DNA from: the human T2T-CHM13v2.0 reference genome, Homo sapiens
Reading direction: 5' to 3' (one strand)
Assembly: GCF_009914755.1 (NCBI RefSeq)
Contig: NC_060932.1
DNA length: 64,000 bases
Under the pieces are notes generated by a model. The model saw nothing but the letters and a program-made list of their open reading frames with translations, did not search any database and was not told the origin of the DNA. The translations under genes were made by a program, and so were the position numbers. Positions 1 to 13,012 of the stretch are shown in pieces (position 1 is the stretch's first letter; the number at the start of each line of letters is the position of its first letter).

Positions 1-192
1 TTTCTCACTATAGCCTCACATAGCAGAAAGAGCAAGGGAACTCTCCAGGGTCTCTTTAGTAAGGACACTAATCCCCTTCATGAGGGCTCTGCCTTCATGA
101 TCTAAAAGCCCCACCTCCTAATGCCAATATAGTGGAGGTTAGGATTTAGCATATACATTTTTGGAGAAGACATAAACATTTGATTTATAGCA
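1..192 (-). mobile_element. MLT1A-like MaLR LTR fragment, cut by the window edge
   Basis: Matches the remembered MLT1A/MST end: AAGGACACTAATCCCCTTCATGAGGGCTCTGCC...CATAAACATTTGATTTATAGCA. Confidence 0.7.
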
Positions 193-251
193 AATAAGAT
201 CACATTCCACTTACTGACTTATAATTTTTCTTTTATCACTTAACAATATAA

Positions 252-608
<357 letters not shown>

Positions 609-618
609 ACCATTATTT

Positions 619-960
619 TTCTATTACATCATTTGTAATAGCAACATAATACACCATCTGAATTTGTACTATAATTTAGTAATAAATGCCTATTATTGGG
701 TATGTATTTTTCTCTTTTTAATATGAAAATTGCTGGAATAAAGTCCTTTCTGAACAAATAGTTACACACATCTCTCTGTGTGTGTGTATGTACACATATG
801 GTATAGACTCTTAGGAGAGGAATTGCTAGGGTCAAAGTAAATGAACGTTTGAATCTCATGATTTGTGTTACCAATCGCCCTCTGAATTCTGCCCATTTCC
901 AATCCCAACAGCAGGGTATGAGAAAAATCATAGTCCAGACTCTGAGCAACAGAGTTTTAA
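619..960 (-). mobile_element. Old L1 (L1ME-like) 3' region fragment
   Basis: Degenerate L1 3' motifs such as GGAATTGCTAGGGTCAAAG and TCCCAACAGCAGGGTATGAGA. Confidence 0.55.
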
Positions 961-1920
961 AACTAGTAACCCTTTTTTTTTTTTTCTTTTTTTTGGTCAA
1001 ATTGATAGATGACTTCTTTCTTTCTTCTGCCCTAGTATGTATTTACACTTCTTTAAGACATTCCTTCCAATGCTTTAGAGCTATTAGATTCTTGTGCTTC
1101 CACTGCTAGCGTACAAGTTCCTTAAGGGCAGGAATCACATAACTCACTCATTCTGTAATCCAACACCCAGCACGCAACCTGCTTCGTAGTAGATGGGCAG
1201 CAATGTCTACAAATAAAACCAAACTTTGCCAGTAGTTACTGGGAGTAATCAGCAAACAATCTCTGGAGAATTTAACCCTTTTTGTTAAGGTGGGATATGT
1301 GTGTCTGCAATGATGTGATGCTAGGGCTAACTTAGTCTCACTGCTCCAAGGTCCAGATTTTCAGCCAAACTTTCCCTGGAGAACAGTGCTCTAACTGAGC
1401 CGTCACCTTATGTCTGCTCATTGAACACCTGCAGCCTGCCTCTTCATATCATGTAAACATATCACCTCTTTTCTGAGAGAGGGACCCAGAAATTTACAAA
1501 ATGTACAGACAAGTTGCCTTCAGTGTTTCAACTTCAAAAACTTTTATTCTTTAACACTACAACTTCAGAAAAGAAGCTTAACTTCTTTTGAGACATTTTT
1601 GTCACCAGAGTGAAGATAATAATAGTACTACTATACTAGGGGTGACTTATACCTCCCCATATGGAATGAAGCCACTCTCCAGGTGCAGGTTTAGGGGCTA
1701 ATGTATATTTCCAGTATCACTGAGACCTCTTTAACAATCACTGCTAAGATATCGCGCATCCCTACTAGGCAATTTACCCTAAGGGTATTTAGATGTACTT
1801 CATTTCACTCACCTCAATTACTCAAATTTGTCTCAAAATATTCTACAGCATGGACATTTTGCTACATGTTTCCACCCTTTGCCAGAATTATTAATTCATC
1901 AATTCACTCATTTGTTTTAA

Positions 1921-2164
1921 AAATAGCTAACATTTATGGAATATTTACCATCTGCCATGCATTGTGCTAAATGCCTTACATATGGTATATTATTTAATAC
2001 CCACAAGAGTGCTATTAGGTAGCTACTATTATTATCTTCACTCTGATGAAAAAATTGTCACCAGAAGTTAAAGATCTTTCCTGAGGTTGTAGTGTTAAAG
2101 GATAAAAGAACTAGCTCCAATCAGGGACATTGGATTCCAGTGCCCATGCTCTTAAACATTATAC
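1921..2164 (-). mobile_element. MIR SINE
   Basis: ATAGCTAACATTTATGGA...TGTGCTAAATGCCTTACA...ATTCCAGTGCCCATGCTCTTAA follows the antisense MIR consensus. Confidence 0.8.
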
Positions 2165-2490
2165 TAGCCAACAAATATGTAATGAAATGTACAACGTGCA
2201 AACCTCTCTGCTAAATGCCATCATTGTTTACACAGTTATTCCTACTTGATCTCTCTTGTGTGAGATATTATATTTCAGTGACCTTATGTGAGGACTGACT
2301 GCTTTCTGCTCACAGTTGCAATATTCATGTGACATTTATTTCAGAATGTGTTTTGCATCTCGTTTGAAAAAAATTAAATTTTTCCATGTGTTAGATATTG
2401 GTCTCATGCACTAAACACCCTGCTTTAGGTACTCATTATTGTTCATCTAATTATTGGAAGCCTCATAATCAGTCCCCAGTTTCTATCGTC

Positions 2491-2784
2491 TTTTTTTTTT
2501 TTTGAGACAGTTTTGCTCTTGTTGCCCAGGCTGAAGTGCAGTGACGTGATCTCGGCTCACTGCAACCTCCGCCTCTCGGGTTCAAGCGATTCTCCTGCCT
2601 TAGCCTCCTGAGTAGCTGGAATTACAGGCATGCACCACCACACCTGGCTAATTTTGTATTTTTTAGTAGAGACAGGGTTTCTCCATGTTGGTCAGACTGG
2701 TCTCGAACTCCCAACCTCAGGTGATCCACCCACCTCGGCCTCCCAAAGTGCTGGGATTACAGGCGTGAGCCACTGAGCCCGGCC
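2491..2784 (-). mobile_element. AluSp-like, full length
   Basis: Diagnostic GCTCTTGTTGCCCAGG, TTTCTCCATGTTGGTCAG and CCCAACCTCAGGTGATCC; poly-T tail. Confidence 0.93.
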
Positions 2785-2789
2785 TCTGT

Positions 2790-3380
2790 CTTCTTAATTC
2801 TATTCCTCAGACTATTACCTAAGGTCTTTTTCTAAAATGTAAGCCCAATCATATCACTTTCCATCCTAAAATCTTCCCATGACTCCTAAAATCCTCCGGT
2901 GTCTTTTCCTTTCCTTCAGGACAAGTTTCCCTTAGAAAAATACATTTGGGACAGGGGCAACACTGTCATGCAGAATGATCTTCAGCTTAAAAGTCACTTC
3001 ATTTCATACACTCTGTCCTTGCTCTCTTCTCCTGTACGGCACCAGATCCTGTTTTTGGCTTCATTAACTCCTACTCATATTTTAAAGCTTAATAAACAGC
3101 TCTCCTAAACTCGAAGACATCCACCTACTTCCTTGGGTTGAGTAAATCACCTCCACTTTGTGCCCCCTCTTCTCTAGTTCTCTAATGCTGCTCTTTCTAG
3201 TATAGCTTTTATCATAATATACGTAATGCTCAATCAATGACACAACTTTTTTGACTTGTCTCTCATAAAGTCTGTGAGCTCTTGGGAGAAGGGGAGGGAA
3301 AATAATCTCATGTCTCTGTAACCACTTGGACCCACAGTAATGACTGACATTCCATAGGCACCCAGTAAACCATCCCATCC
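2790..3380 (+). mobile_element. L2 3' region fragments
   Basis: Degenerate L2 motifs (TCTTTTTCTAAAATGTAAG...ATCACTT; GTGAGCTCTTGGGAGAAGGGG...CATAGGCACCCAGTAAAC). Confidence 0.55.
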
Positions 3381-4234
3381 ATGTTCCTTTGCCATTTAAT
3401 GCAGGCGGACAGGGATGCTTCATCACTTATGGACCTCTTCCATGGCTGTGACAGCCAATCCACATTTCGCCATGGATATTTTTCCTTCTTTGTTTTTTTC
3501 TTATTTCTGTATCTGTAACTTTCTCTTGTGTTCTTTTACTCTGTTCTTTTTTACTCCATATACTTTTTTTCTTATATTAACTATTCTTCCATCATTTTCT
3601 CCATCTTTCCTCTCACCCTTTCTAAATGCATGCCTGAATATCTCAAATATTATTTGGCCCCTATAGTGTGCCAAACTCTTTACCAAATGCTGGAGATGGC
3701 TGTAGGTGCATAAGAAGTGTTGTCTGTCTCCTCAGATATTTTCATGCAATGAAGGGGAAAGTCAAGTGAGTAGGCATTTGTGATGCCATTTTATAGTAAA
3801 AATGATGGTAAGAAGGCTGCCCTCAAGGGCAGAGGTGGGCTCCTGATACAGGCCAGAAAGCAGGAGTCAGAAAAGGCTTCTTTGAGGGGATTTACTTTGC
3901 TGAGCCATGAACAAAAGGTAGCAGTTACAATGCAACTAGAAGAGGCATCCCAGGCAAAGGAGAGAGCATGAGGGAATGTGGAGAAATGAGTAATAGCCAA
4001 ATTGGGTGCAAACATTGCCAAGAAATAAAGCTGGGAAGGGGAACAGAGCCATATCATGAAGGACCTGTATAGAGACAGTGAAAATGTTTCCATGTAATGA
4101 TACATCATTCATACTAGCATTCCTGAAGTGTCATGTACCTTATAAGTGATTTGTGTCACTTACCTAATTTAATCTTCCCCTCAACACTTTGTGATAAGAA
4201 CTATTATTTACTCCAGTTCAAGAATGGAGGAGGG

Positions 4235-4957
4235 CTATTAAGACAACAAGGTACCACTACACTCCTGTTAGATTTGCCCAAGTCCCCAAAACAGTAACAA
4301 TACCCAATCTTGGAAAGGATGTGGAGCAACAGAACTCTCATATGAAAAATGATACAGTTGCTTTGAAAGACAGTTTGACAGTTTCTTACAAAACTAAACA
4401 TACTCTTACCATATAATCCAATAATTGTACTTGTATTAGTTCATTCTCACACTGCAAATAAAGACATACCCAAGACTGGGCAATTTGCAAAGGAAAGAGG
4501 TTTAATTGGCTCACAGCTCCACAGGGCTGGGGAGGCTTCAGGAAACTTACATTCATGGCAGAAGGGGAAGCAAACATGTCTTTCTTCACATGGCAGCAGC
4601 ACGGAGAAGTGAAGAGTGAAGGCGGGGGAAGCCCCTTATAAAAGCATCAGATCTCATGAGAACTCACTATCACGAGAACAGCATGGAGGTAACTGCCCCC
4701 ATGATTCAATTACCTCCCACTGGGTCCCTCCAATGACATGTGGGGATTATGGGAACTACGGTTCAGGATGAGATTTGGGTGGGGACACAGCCAAACCCTA
4801 TCAGTACTCCTTGGTATTTACCCAGTGCAGTTGAAAACGTATGTCTACATAAAAACCTGCATGCAGAAGTTAATAACAGCTTGATTTTAATTGCCACAAT
4901 TTGGAAGTAACCAACATGTCTTCAATGGGTGATTAGCGAGATTAACTATGGTACACA
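4235..4957 (+). mobile_element. L1MC-like fragment, interrupted by a THE1D LTR
   Basis: L1 ORF2-end/3'UTR motifs (GGATGTGGAGCAACAGAACTCTCA; TTCTTACAAAACTAAACATACTCTTACCATAT) continue on both sides of the LTR. Confidence 0.75.
4432..4803 (-). mobile_element. THE1D-like solo LTR (MaLR)
   Basis: TGTATTAGT...CCAAACCCTATCA termini; perfect 5-bp TSD GTACT at 4427-4431 and 4804-4808. Confidence 0.93.
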
Positions 4958-4959
4958 TG

Positions 4960-5460
4960 TCATTGGATTTAGGGCATACTCTAATCTAATATGATCTCAT
5001 GTTAACTAACTATATCTGCAAAGACCCTGATTCCAAATAAGATCACATTCTGAGGTTCTGCTATAACATGAATTTTTCAAGGACACTAGTCAACCTACTA
5101 TAGTTCACCATCAAAATTTATGTCCATCCCATGTGCAAAATACATTTACTTCAACCCAGTGTTGCCCAAACTCAACACATGCATTCCAGCATTAACACTA
5201 AATCCAAAATCTCATCCAAATATCAACTCAAAAGGTTTCAAATCTTACCATCTAAACCATCTAAAGAAGGCATGGGTGAGACTCTAGTTTTAATATATCC
5301 ATTGGCAAAATTCCTTCCCATCTGTAGACCTGTAGAATTAGAAAGCAAGTTATCGTCTTTCAAAATACAATCGTGGCATGGGCATAGGAGAGAATTCCAG
5401 TTCCGAAAGGTAGAAAATGGAAGAAGTAAATGGGTTACTGATTTAAAAAAATTTCACACC
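4960..5460 (-). mobile_element. MLT1C/D-like partial LTR (4960-5102) plus adjacent MLT1 internal sequence
   Basis: CTGCAAAGACCCTGATTCCAAATAAGATCACATTCTGAGG...CAACCTACTATA LTR end, then internal motif CATGTGCAAAATACATT. Confidence 0.65.
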
Positions 5461-5464
5461 TAAT

Positions 5465-6661
5465 AAGGTGAGAACAACTTGATATCATTCATAGGAAACC
5501 CACAAAACTTTTAAAAGCGTTCAATAGGTGAAAACCCTGGCAGCTTGGATGAAGGGAATGAACATAGTTCAAACTGGATTCTGGATTGCCAGTTCTTTAC
5601 AGGCAGCTATGAAATGAGATTTTATTATGGAAAAGAAAGAAGAAATATCAAAGGGAAGAGCCAATTTCCCAGAAGGTAGAACTCAAGAGTCCAGAGAGTG
5701 GAGCCAAGTGCTGAGAATAGCAATGTACCCAAAAACCACTCAGGGCAGCAGAGATGGAGCCTATTTAAAAGTACTTCCTTGTCCTCAGCATATGTGGCTG
5801 TTACAATATGGACCCATCTAGACTGCAGATTTGCTGTGGACCTGTGATTACAATGTACCTCCTGTCCCTATTTTAATCAGAGTGCCTGTATTTTATTGCT
5901 TCTAACCATTGTGTTTTGGTGGTGGGCAATTTATTTGTATTTTACTTAATAGGTATCTGGATCACAAAAGGGATCACCACAGCAAGCCTCATCCTTATTC
6001 ACATATGATGCAGATCATGAGATTCTGGATTTCAAGCCAACTCATCTAAGAGGGATGAGAGTTTTGAAGGTCCTGCGATTTAGATAAACTTAACTTGAAT
6101 GGGGGAAAATGTGAATAATTCGTAATGATAAGAAAGACTCTGATAGATTTAAAAAATTACTACAAATTCCTCAGTATGTCTTTCTCTTTGCAATGTGACA
6201 TTGTGGCTTCTCCAATCATAGAGTGGAGTCTATTTCTTCATTCACTTGAACAGTCTTGTGATTTGATTTAATAGAAGGTTGGCAGACGTGACATGGTGGG
6301 TATTCTGAGCCTAGGTCTCAAGAGGCCTGATAAGTTCTGTGCTAGCTCCTCTACTGCCCTGAGACTTTCATGTGAACAAGTCTGATCTAACCTGCTGGAG
6401 AGGCCATGCAGAAAATGGCCCAGCCAACAGCCTGTACCAACCACCAGACACTGAAATGAGGCCATGCTGGACAATACTGTCCCAATGTAGTCATCAGGTG
6501 GCCACAGGCAAATGAGCACTCACAAGCTAGACTAGTAAGCAATCAGCCCAGCTGCACCCAGCCCAAATTGCTGAAGTGATTTTGAGCAAATTAAATGCTT
6601 GTTATTTTAAGATAAGAAGTTTTGGGGTGGCTCATTTTATAGCATTGGACATTAAAATACA
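5465..6661 (+). mobile_element. MLT1G/H-like internal remnant plus LTR (LTR about 6141-6661)
   Basis: LTR motifs TTTGCAATGTGACATTG, GAGTGGAGTCTATTTC, TGAGCCTAGGTCTCAAGAGGCC and TTTTGGGGTGG...AATACA end. Confidence 0.7.
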
Positions 6662-6998
6662 TTTTCTAATGCAAAGGAAATAATTAGAAAAAAACTAAGG
6701 GAGTTTGATATTTATAGAAATTTAGGCTATTCCTTATATGACTTTTATATAGATAAATTTTATGTAGAAAGTTAGTATCAATTTCCAGTACTTTTCTGAT
6801 TTATTTCATATATGGACAAAGTATACAAGCAATATATACCTGCATATCAGAACTTCTACAATTGTTTTTACACTACACTTTGTTCTTACACTCTTTCAAG
6901 AGCACAATTACAGGGAGAAGTTTGCATTCTGGGTACATTATATGTACCATAGTTAATCTAGCTAATCACCCATTGAAGACATGTTGGTTACTTCCAAA

Positions 6999-7044
6999 TT
7001 TTTTCTTTTTCTTTTTCTTTCTTTTCCTTCTCCTTCTTCTTCTT

Positions 7045-7083
<39 letters not shown>
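6999..7083. repeat. Polypyrimidine / poly-T tract
   Basis: About 85 nt of only C/T, ending in a T run of about 37. Confidence 0.95.
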
Positions 7084-7084
<1 letters not shown>

Positions 7085-7087
<3 letters not shown>

Positions 7088-7480
7088 GTCTGGCTTATGA
7101 TCTTTAATGCAGTTTAATGCAGTTGTAGTCACATGGTAGGACCTGAAATTATCTGGAGGCTACCCAGACTAGACATCCAAGATGTTTTCTTTCCTCACTA
7201 GTATCTAACATCTTAGGGATTCTTGGTCTCATTCTCTCAGTCCACATGGTGTCTTATCCTTCATGAACTATCAATAAGATGAGCTTCTCATGGCATATTT
7301 GTCTCAGGGACACTTCTTACATAGTGAGTGGTTTCCACGAGGCAAGGAGTGAAACTTACCAGGCCAGTCAGCAACTACACCTAGAACTGACACAGCATCA
7401 CTCCCATCTCATTCCACTGGCCAGAGCAGATGCTAAGTGGTAGATACAGAAACTCCCACTTTTGAGAGGCAAGGCAACGA
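7085..7480 (-). mobile_element. Old MLT1 (H/J-like) LTR fragment
   Basis: GACATCCAAGATG and CTAGAACTGACACAGCATCACTCCCATCTCATTCCACTGGCCAGAGCA motifs. Confidence 0.55.
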
Positions 7481-9556
7481 TTCAGAAGAACAGGCAAGAT
7501 GATTAAACCATTTAAAAATATATAATCTTGTACAATTCCACAAATTAAATGTTTTTGTGTTTTCCTTTTGTTTAGTCTGTTATTAAAAACTAGATAGTAT
7601 CTAATAATCACTCTTGTAGGTAGAGTAGGGAGTCTCGTGAAGTGAGACCCCACCCTTTCTTTGCAATTAAAAAGTTGATAATATCATTGGTGAATTTTTG
7701 TTCAAAAAGGATAAAGAAGTCAAATTAACTGAGCATCATCAATGTCTAGCAGATTTCTGGAATGTGGTAGAGGCACAACAAATATTTGTTGTAATATATT
7801 TGACAAAATGAAAACAATACAAACTGGTTATGTGAGCAGAGACAAGTCATTGAACTTCCCTGGGTTTCTATTTAGTAATCTGTAAGACGAAAAAGTTCCA
7901 AGAATCACAGATAATAAGAAAAATAAAACTGGCAATGGGCAATATTGCTAATATTTGTAGATTACAAAGACCAGTCATATTTATGTAGACATGAGTTGTT
8001 TGTCTCTCTGGAACGAATTCTAACTTCCCCATTTCTCAAAGGCCACTGATTTCCATTTTGGGATTCATATAGTTTTGAGGAAATTGACTTTATCTCAGGC
8101 TCCTGGAATACAGCCTGTCACAGAGGTTGGCCAATCAGTGTTTCTAGTCACATTGGACACATTGACTCATGGCGACCAAGTTTATCTAATAAGAGTTGAT
8201 GTTGGGACTTATGCAGCCATATAGGTACATAAAGGAACCCAGTCTTAAGGTGGTAGCTCTCAGGAATATGCGCTTCCTCAGTCTTTTCCAACAGGAAATA
8301 GAAAACATTTCCTACATAGAAAACATACAACATATGTATCACTTTGATTGTTTCAGCTCATTGTCATAAGTCACTCAAACTTTTAATAATTTCCTGGCCT
8401 GCCTTAAGCCAGCTAGGAGTCATTTGAAATCAAAAGAGCCCACTGTGTTGCACACTAATACTCCATTCATGAGAACCTCTCCACCTTGTTGGGTGGTTTC
8501 TGACTCACTAGAAGAATCCTACAAAATTATAAGTCAAGTTTTCTCATACTGAAGAAGATTTAAGGGCCTTAGAGTAAAGGAGATCTAAGGTCCATTTCAA
8601 GGTCACCACTACTAAGTAGCAGAAAGTGAAACTACAGTTTTGTCTCTTTTTCTTTTTTTTTCCAACAAGAAAGACTGTTAGCCAAATGCAAGTTGGGAAA
8701 AGTCCAAGCTTTACCGCTGACAAGTCATGTGTGCTTCCTCTAGAATTTAGCAGATGGGGAGTCTGTCTTAGGTATTGCTATATTGCTGGCTTCAAGGGTA
8801 TTGTAAGCCTTCAGTAAATAAAGAAATACTATTAGACAAAAGCTTTATTTTAGGCACATCACTTTTGTTTTTCCTTCTGAATGTTAGTATCCTCAACTTT
8901 AGTGTAGAGATAATGACTGCTAACTAACAGATATATAATAACTAAAGTAGTTTATACACAGTATTCTATATAGTACCTAAATAAAAAACAATGGTTATGT
9001 AATAGAGGTTAGTTCACTGTATGTCAGTCCACTAAGATTCCACACCATCTGCCTCTATGCAACTTTCTATCTACATAGAATTTTCATTGAGAACTTCTTG
9101 TTTGACTTTGAATTGGGGCCAGTTGGATTTTCTGTCACCAATTTTTCCACCTTGGTCTCATTCATTATTAACAGCAGTGACCCCTGGCATCTCAAAGAGT
9201 GAACATTAATGGCAATGGGTTTTAGTTACAAAAGCCAAGGTTACAGTTGTTAGAGCTCAGGGTAATTTTCATTCCTAAGTTCATTAAATTCTTAAAAGTG
9301 GAAAGGTCAATAGTGATTTATTCCACTGCCAACCATCTCAATGGCAATTCTTTACAAACAATTTTTCTGTCTTGACATATGGCGAGACTAATAGCCAATG
9401 AAGCTAATTGCATAAGGCAGTGAGTTGACTACTTGGATTCATTTTTAAAAGTAAAATCTGATATTATATACAAAAAAAAAAAGATGTTCCCAAGGCCCTC
9501 CACCTGAACGATGAGGACAAAAAGTGAGAACAAGGTGAGATCCTGCTGCCTTGGTA

Positions 9557-10004
9557 GTTATGGCTAATTTTATGTGTCAACTTAACTGGGCTAAGGGAAA
9601 CCCAGATAGCTGGTAAAATACTAATTCTGAGTGTGTCTGTCAGGGAGTTTCAGGCATAAATTAGCATTTGAATTGGTAGACTGAGTAAAAAAGATTAGTC
9701 TTCACCAACATGCATGGGCTTTACCCAATCCATTGAGGGCCCAGGTAGAACAAAATGACTGAGGAGGGGTGAACTTGCTCTCTCTGTCTGAGCTGAAACA
9801 TCCATCTTCTCCTGTTCTTGGACATTGGAGCTCCTAGTTCTCAGGATTTCGGACTTAGGCTCAGAGTTACACCCCCAGCTCCCCTGGTTCACAGGCTTTT
9901 GAATTTGGACTGAACTATCGCAGAAGCTTTCATGATTTGCCAGCTTGCAGAAAGCAGATGGTGAGCCTTCTCAACTTTCATAATTGTGTGAGCCAATTCC
10001 CATA
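9557..10004 (+). mobile_element. MLT2B-like LTR (ERVL)
   Basis: ATGGCTAATTTTATGTGTCAACTTAACTGGGCTAAGGG...CCCAGATAGCTGGTAAA...TGTGAGCCAATTCC, followed by a CT-rich tract. Confidence 0.85.
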
Positions 10005-10634
10005 TCTCTCTTTCTCTCTGTCTCTCCCCCCGCCCCTCCTGTAATGCACTTGGCCATCTTGTATCTCAGCATCAAGAACACTGTAGGGCTTATGTGCTAA
10101 CTGCATGAACACGTAAAGCTAAGATTTTAGTCATGGCTTTGCCTCATGTTGACTAAAATAGGAATAAAAAACAGCATGTAGATAATTCTTGGGAGCATAT
10201 GCAGATGGGAGAAAATTCACAAGATGTTTTACAAGTACAACCTTAGGAGGGAGAAGGGTGCTAAGACAAAGTATATGCAGAGCTTAGCATTAACCTCATC
10301 GGCCAATGATGTGAGAATGATGGGTGCCATAAGAAAGCATACACACTTGGAGCCAGGCTTGACTCCTCTCACCTTGTTGTGTGTTGCAGATCACGGAGAT
10401 TATGGGCAGGGGGAGAAGTGGTGAGATTAACCAAGCTTCAAACTGAGATACTCCCATGCTGTTGCGAGAGCTAAGTAGGCAAATAGGTTATCTAAAGACT
10501 CCCTGTCTCAAACATACAACTCATTCTACCCGAACCACGAACGGAGTAAAAATCATTCATCTTTTATCTGGTCTGGAAATAAGTCATTCAATTTTCCCTT
10601 CTCCAAGCATCTTCATCTACAAGATGGAGGTTTT

Positions 10635-10775
10635 CTTCCCTCTTTCCTCTCTCCCACTCCCTCTTCCTTCTCTTCTTCCTCTTTCTCCTCCTGTTCTTTA
10701 TCCTCCTCCTCCTCCCTCTGTTTCTTCTTCTGCTTCTTTTTTTCTTCCTTTCTCTCTCTCTTCCACTTCTCATGC
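10635..10775. repeat. CT-rich low-complexity tract
   Basis: Near-pure pyrimidine run with (CCT)n and (CTT)n units. Confidence 0.9.
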
Positions 10776-10779
10776 TCTC

Positions 10780-11520
10780 TTATTCATTCAGAAAATGAAC
10801 ATAAAATTCTACTTGTGCTAGGCACAAAAAATATACAAGTGAATAAAAAACAATGTTTTTCCTATTACTTCAGACTTTCACTTTCTAGTAGGGTAAGAAA
10901 TTAAATCGCATAAGCAAATACATAATATAGAAGGATTATAATAAGAAAACACAAAAGGAGATTCAGATAGAGAAATCAGAGTGAAAGTCACTTCAAATTG
11001 AGTAGTCTAGGAAGATCTCTGTCTGGAAGTAACATGTGAGGTGAGATTTTAAAAAGATGGCAACGATTATTTTCCTAAAGTGAGAAAGATAAAATGCTGA
11101 GTTAAATTAAAATAAACAGTTTCAAAGCAACATAGGCAGGGGAGGTAATGGAACAAATGATGATTAACAAATAGACTGGGGACAATCATGTAGAAATGTA
11201 TAGTTTCTTAGGCCAGAGGGAAAAAACACTTTAAAAAAATAGCACAACAGGAAGACATAAGAGTGTTGAAGGAGTGGCCATGAATAGCTTGCATTTTGGA
11301 GCCTTGGTTACTGCTGCTGAGTGTAATGGATCCTATGTTGGCTAAAATGGAAACAGGGAGATTAGGAGGATGTTACAGTATTCCAGTAGGAGAAGAAGGG
11401 TGGTTTAGAAAAAGTGGCCATTGCAGATAAAGATAAATGGAAGGATTCAAGAACTTACTGATTGATTGGATGAGGAGGCAGGAGAGAAAGTAATACCAAG
11501 AATAGTTCACTTTATTCACT
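10780..11520 (-). mobile_element. L2 fragment
   Basis: TTCATTCA...CTACTTGTGCTAGGCAC antisense L2 3' end, followed by purine-rich degenerate L2 body. Confidence 0.6.
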
Positions 11521-12497
11521 GTGACCAGGCGATCGCTGCTCATTTCCAGAGAAGTGTCCCAAGTAATTGTTAAGAATCTTTACGGAAAACAGGAGCCTAT
11601 ACAAACACATATCACTGAAGACTCAGATAAGATTTAAGATATTCCTTTGCTTGGCCTCAATATCCAGAATTGCATTATTTTGTTCAGCAGCCATTGAAGT
11701 GTAAACACAATAAATATGTTTTGCTACTGACCTATGTTTGGAATTTTGTGGGCCAGTAAAGACAGAAAGAGATTGATGCTAAGGAAGTGAAGAGAGAATT
11801 AATGAGAAAGGACACAGCTCAGATGAACTGGCCAAGGCTTCGGATTAGGGAGGAAGGAAAAAGAGTACGAAGCATTACCCAGAGGGAGAAACATGAGAAA
11901 TAATGGGACTAATGTCTCATTGCCCATGGTACATATAAAGGAGGGAGATGACTGGAAAGGCAGATTACGCTCAGAGAGGGAGACATTTGCTTGACATTTT
12001 AGTTGTTAGCAGTTCTAGATAAGAGATTTTAAGATGTGGTGGGGAGAATGTAATGAAAATACAAATGGAAGTGCAGTTGGTTGGGGCTGAGGAAGTGGAG
12101 GAAGCAAAAGGCCAGAATGAGAGCTTCAGGATGCACTTGGGCACTGCTGTCTCCTGCGATGAAGACTTGCAGGAGCATCTTCAGTCAGTGGATGAGGTTT
12201 CTGGAAAGCCAGGGGAAGCAACACAGTCATAATGTCTGGCAGTATACCAGTATAGTATGCTATAAAAAATGGGGGGCTCATTCCCCTAGCAGTTTACAAA
12301 TAGGGGCTTAGTGACTACTTACTGAGTAAATGAATGTATAAATTTATCATCTTACAAACACCTATTTTTGCTTCTATATGTAAATTATGACTTACTAAGT
12401 AGGACTTTGGCAGTAACCCTGATTACTCTTTCTTCTCCTCTCTTTTAACCTGGTTGGATTCTGTTAATAAACCATATTTAGCTGAACCCTTTGTCCA

Positions 12498-13012
12498 GTA
12501 TGTTAGTTTTTAAAGGTTGCTGATATGGTTTAGCTATGTCCCCACCCAAATCTCATCTTGAATTGTAGTTCCCATAATCCCCAGGTGTCATGGGAGGGAC
12601 CAAGTGGGAAGTAATTGAATCATGGGGGTGGTTTCTTCCATGCTATTCTCATGATAGTAAGTTTTCGTGAGAGCTGATGGTTTTATAGGGGTTCTGGGTT
12701 CTCATTCTTCTCTCTTCTGCTGCCATGTAAAGAAGGGCATGTTTGCCTTCCTTTCCGCCATGATTGTAAGTTTCCTGAGGCCTCCCCAACTATGCTGAAC
12801 TGTGAGTCAATTCAACCTCTTTCCTTTATAAATTACACAGTCTCCGGTATTTCTTTATAGCAGCATGAAAATGGACTAATACAGCTGCTATAACAAAGGA
12901 GCACAGATTGGATGGCTTCAATAAGACACATTTATTTTCTTCAAATACAATCACATGGCAGTTTAGGGCTTCAACCATTGAATTTTGGAGGGACACAATT
13001 CAGTCCATAACT
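12498..13012 (-). mobile_element. MLT1A/B-like LTR with a large internal deletion, interrupted by THE1D
   Basis: Both LTR ends present (GTTAGTTTTTAAAGGTTGC|TATAACAAAG and GGACACAATTCAGTCCATAAC); middle is missing. Confidence 0.7.
12521..12883 (+). mobile_element. THE1D-like solo LTR
   Basis: TGATATGGTTT...GGACTAATACA; TSD GTTGC/GCTGC (4 of 5). Confidence 0.93.

Noticed and set aside
10456-10821. 121-aa Pro/Ser/Leu-rich ORF and an Arg/Glu-rich antisense ORF
   Set aside because: Artefacts of the CT-rich low-complexity tract.
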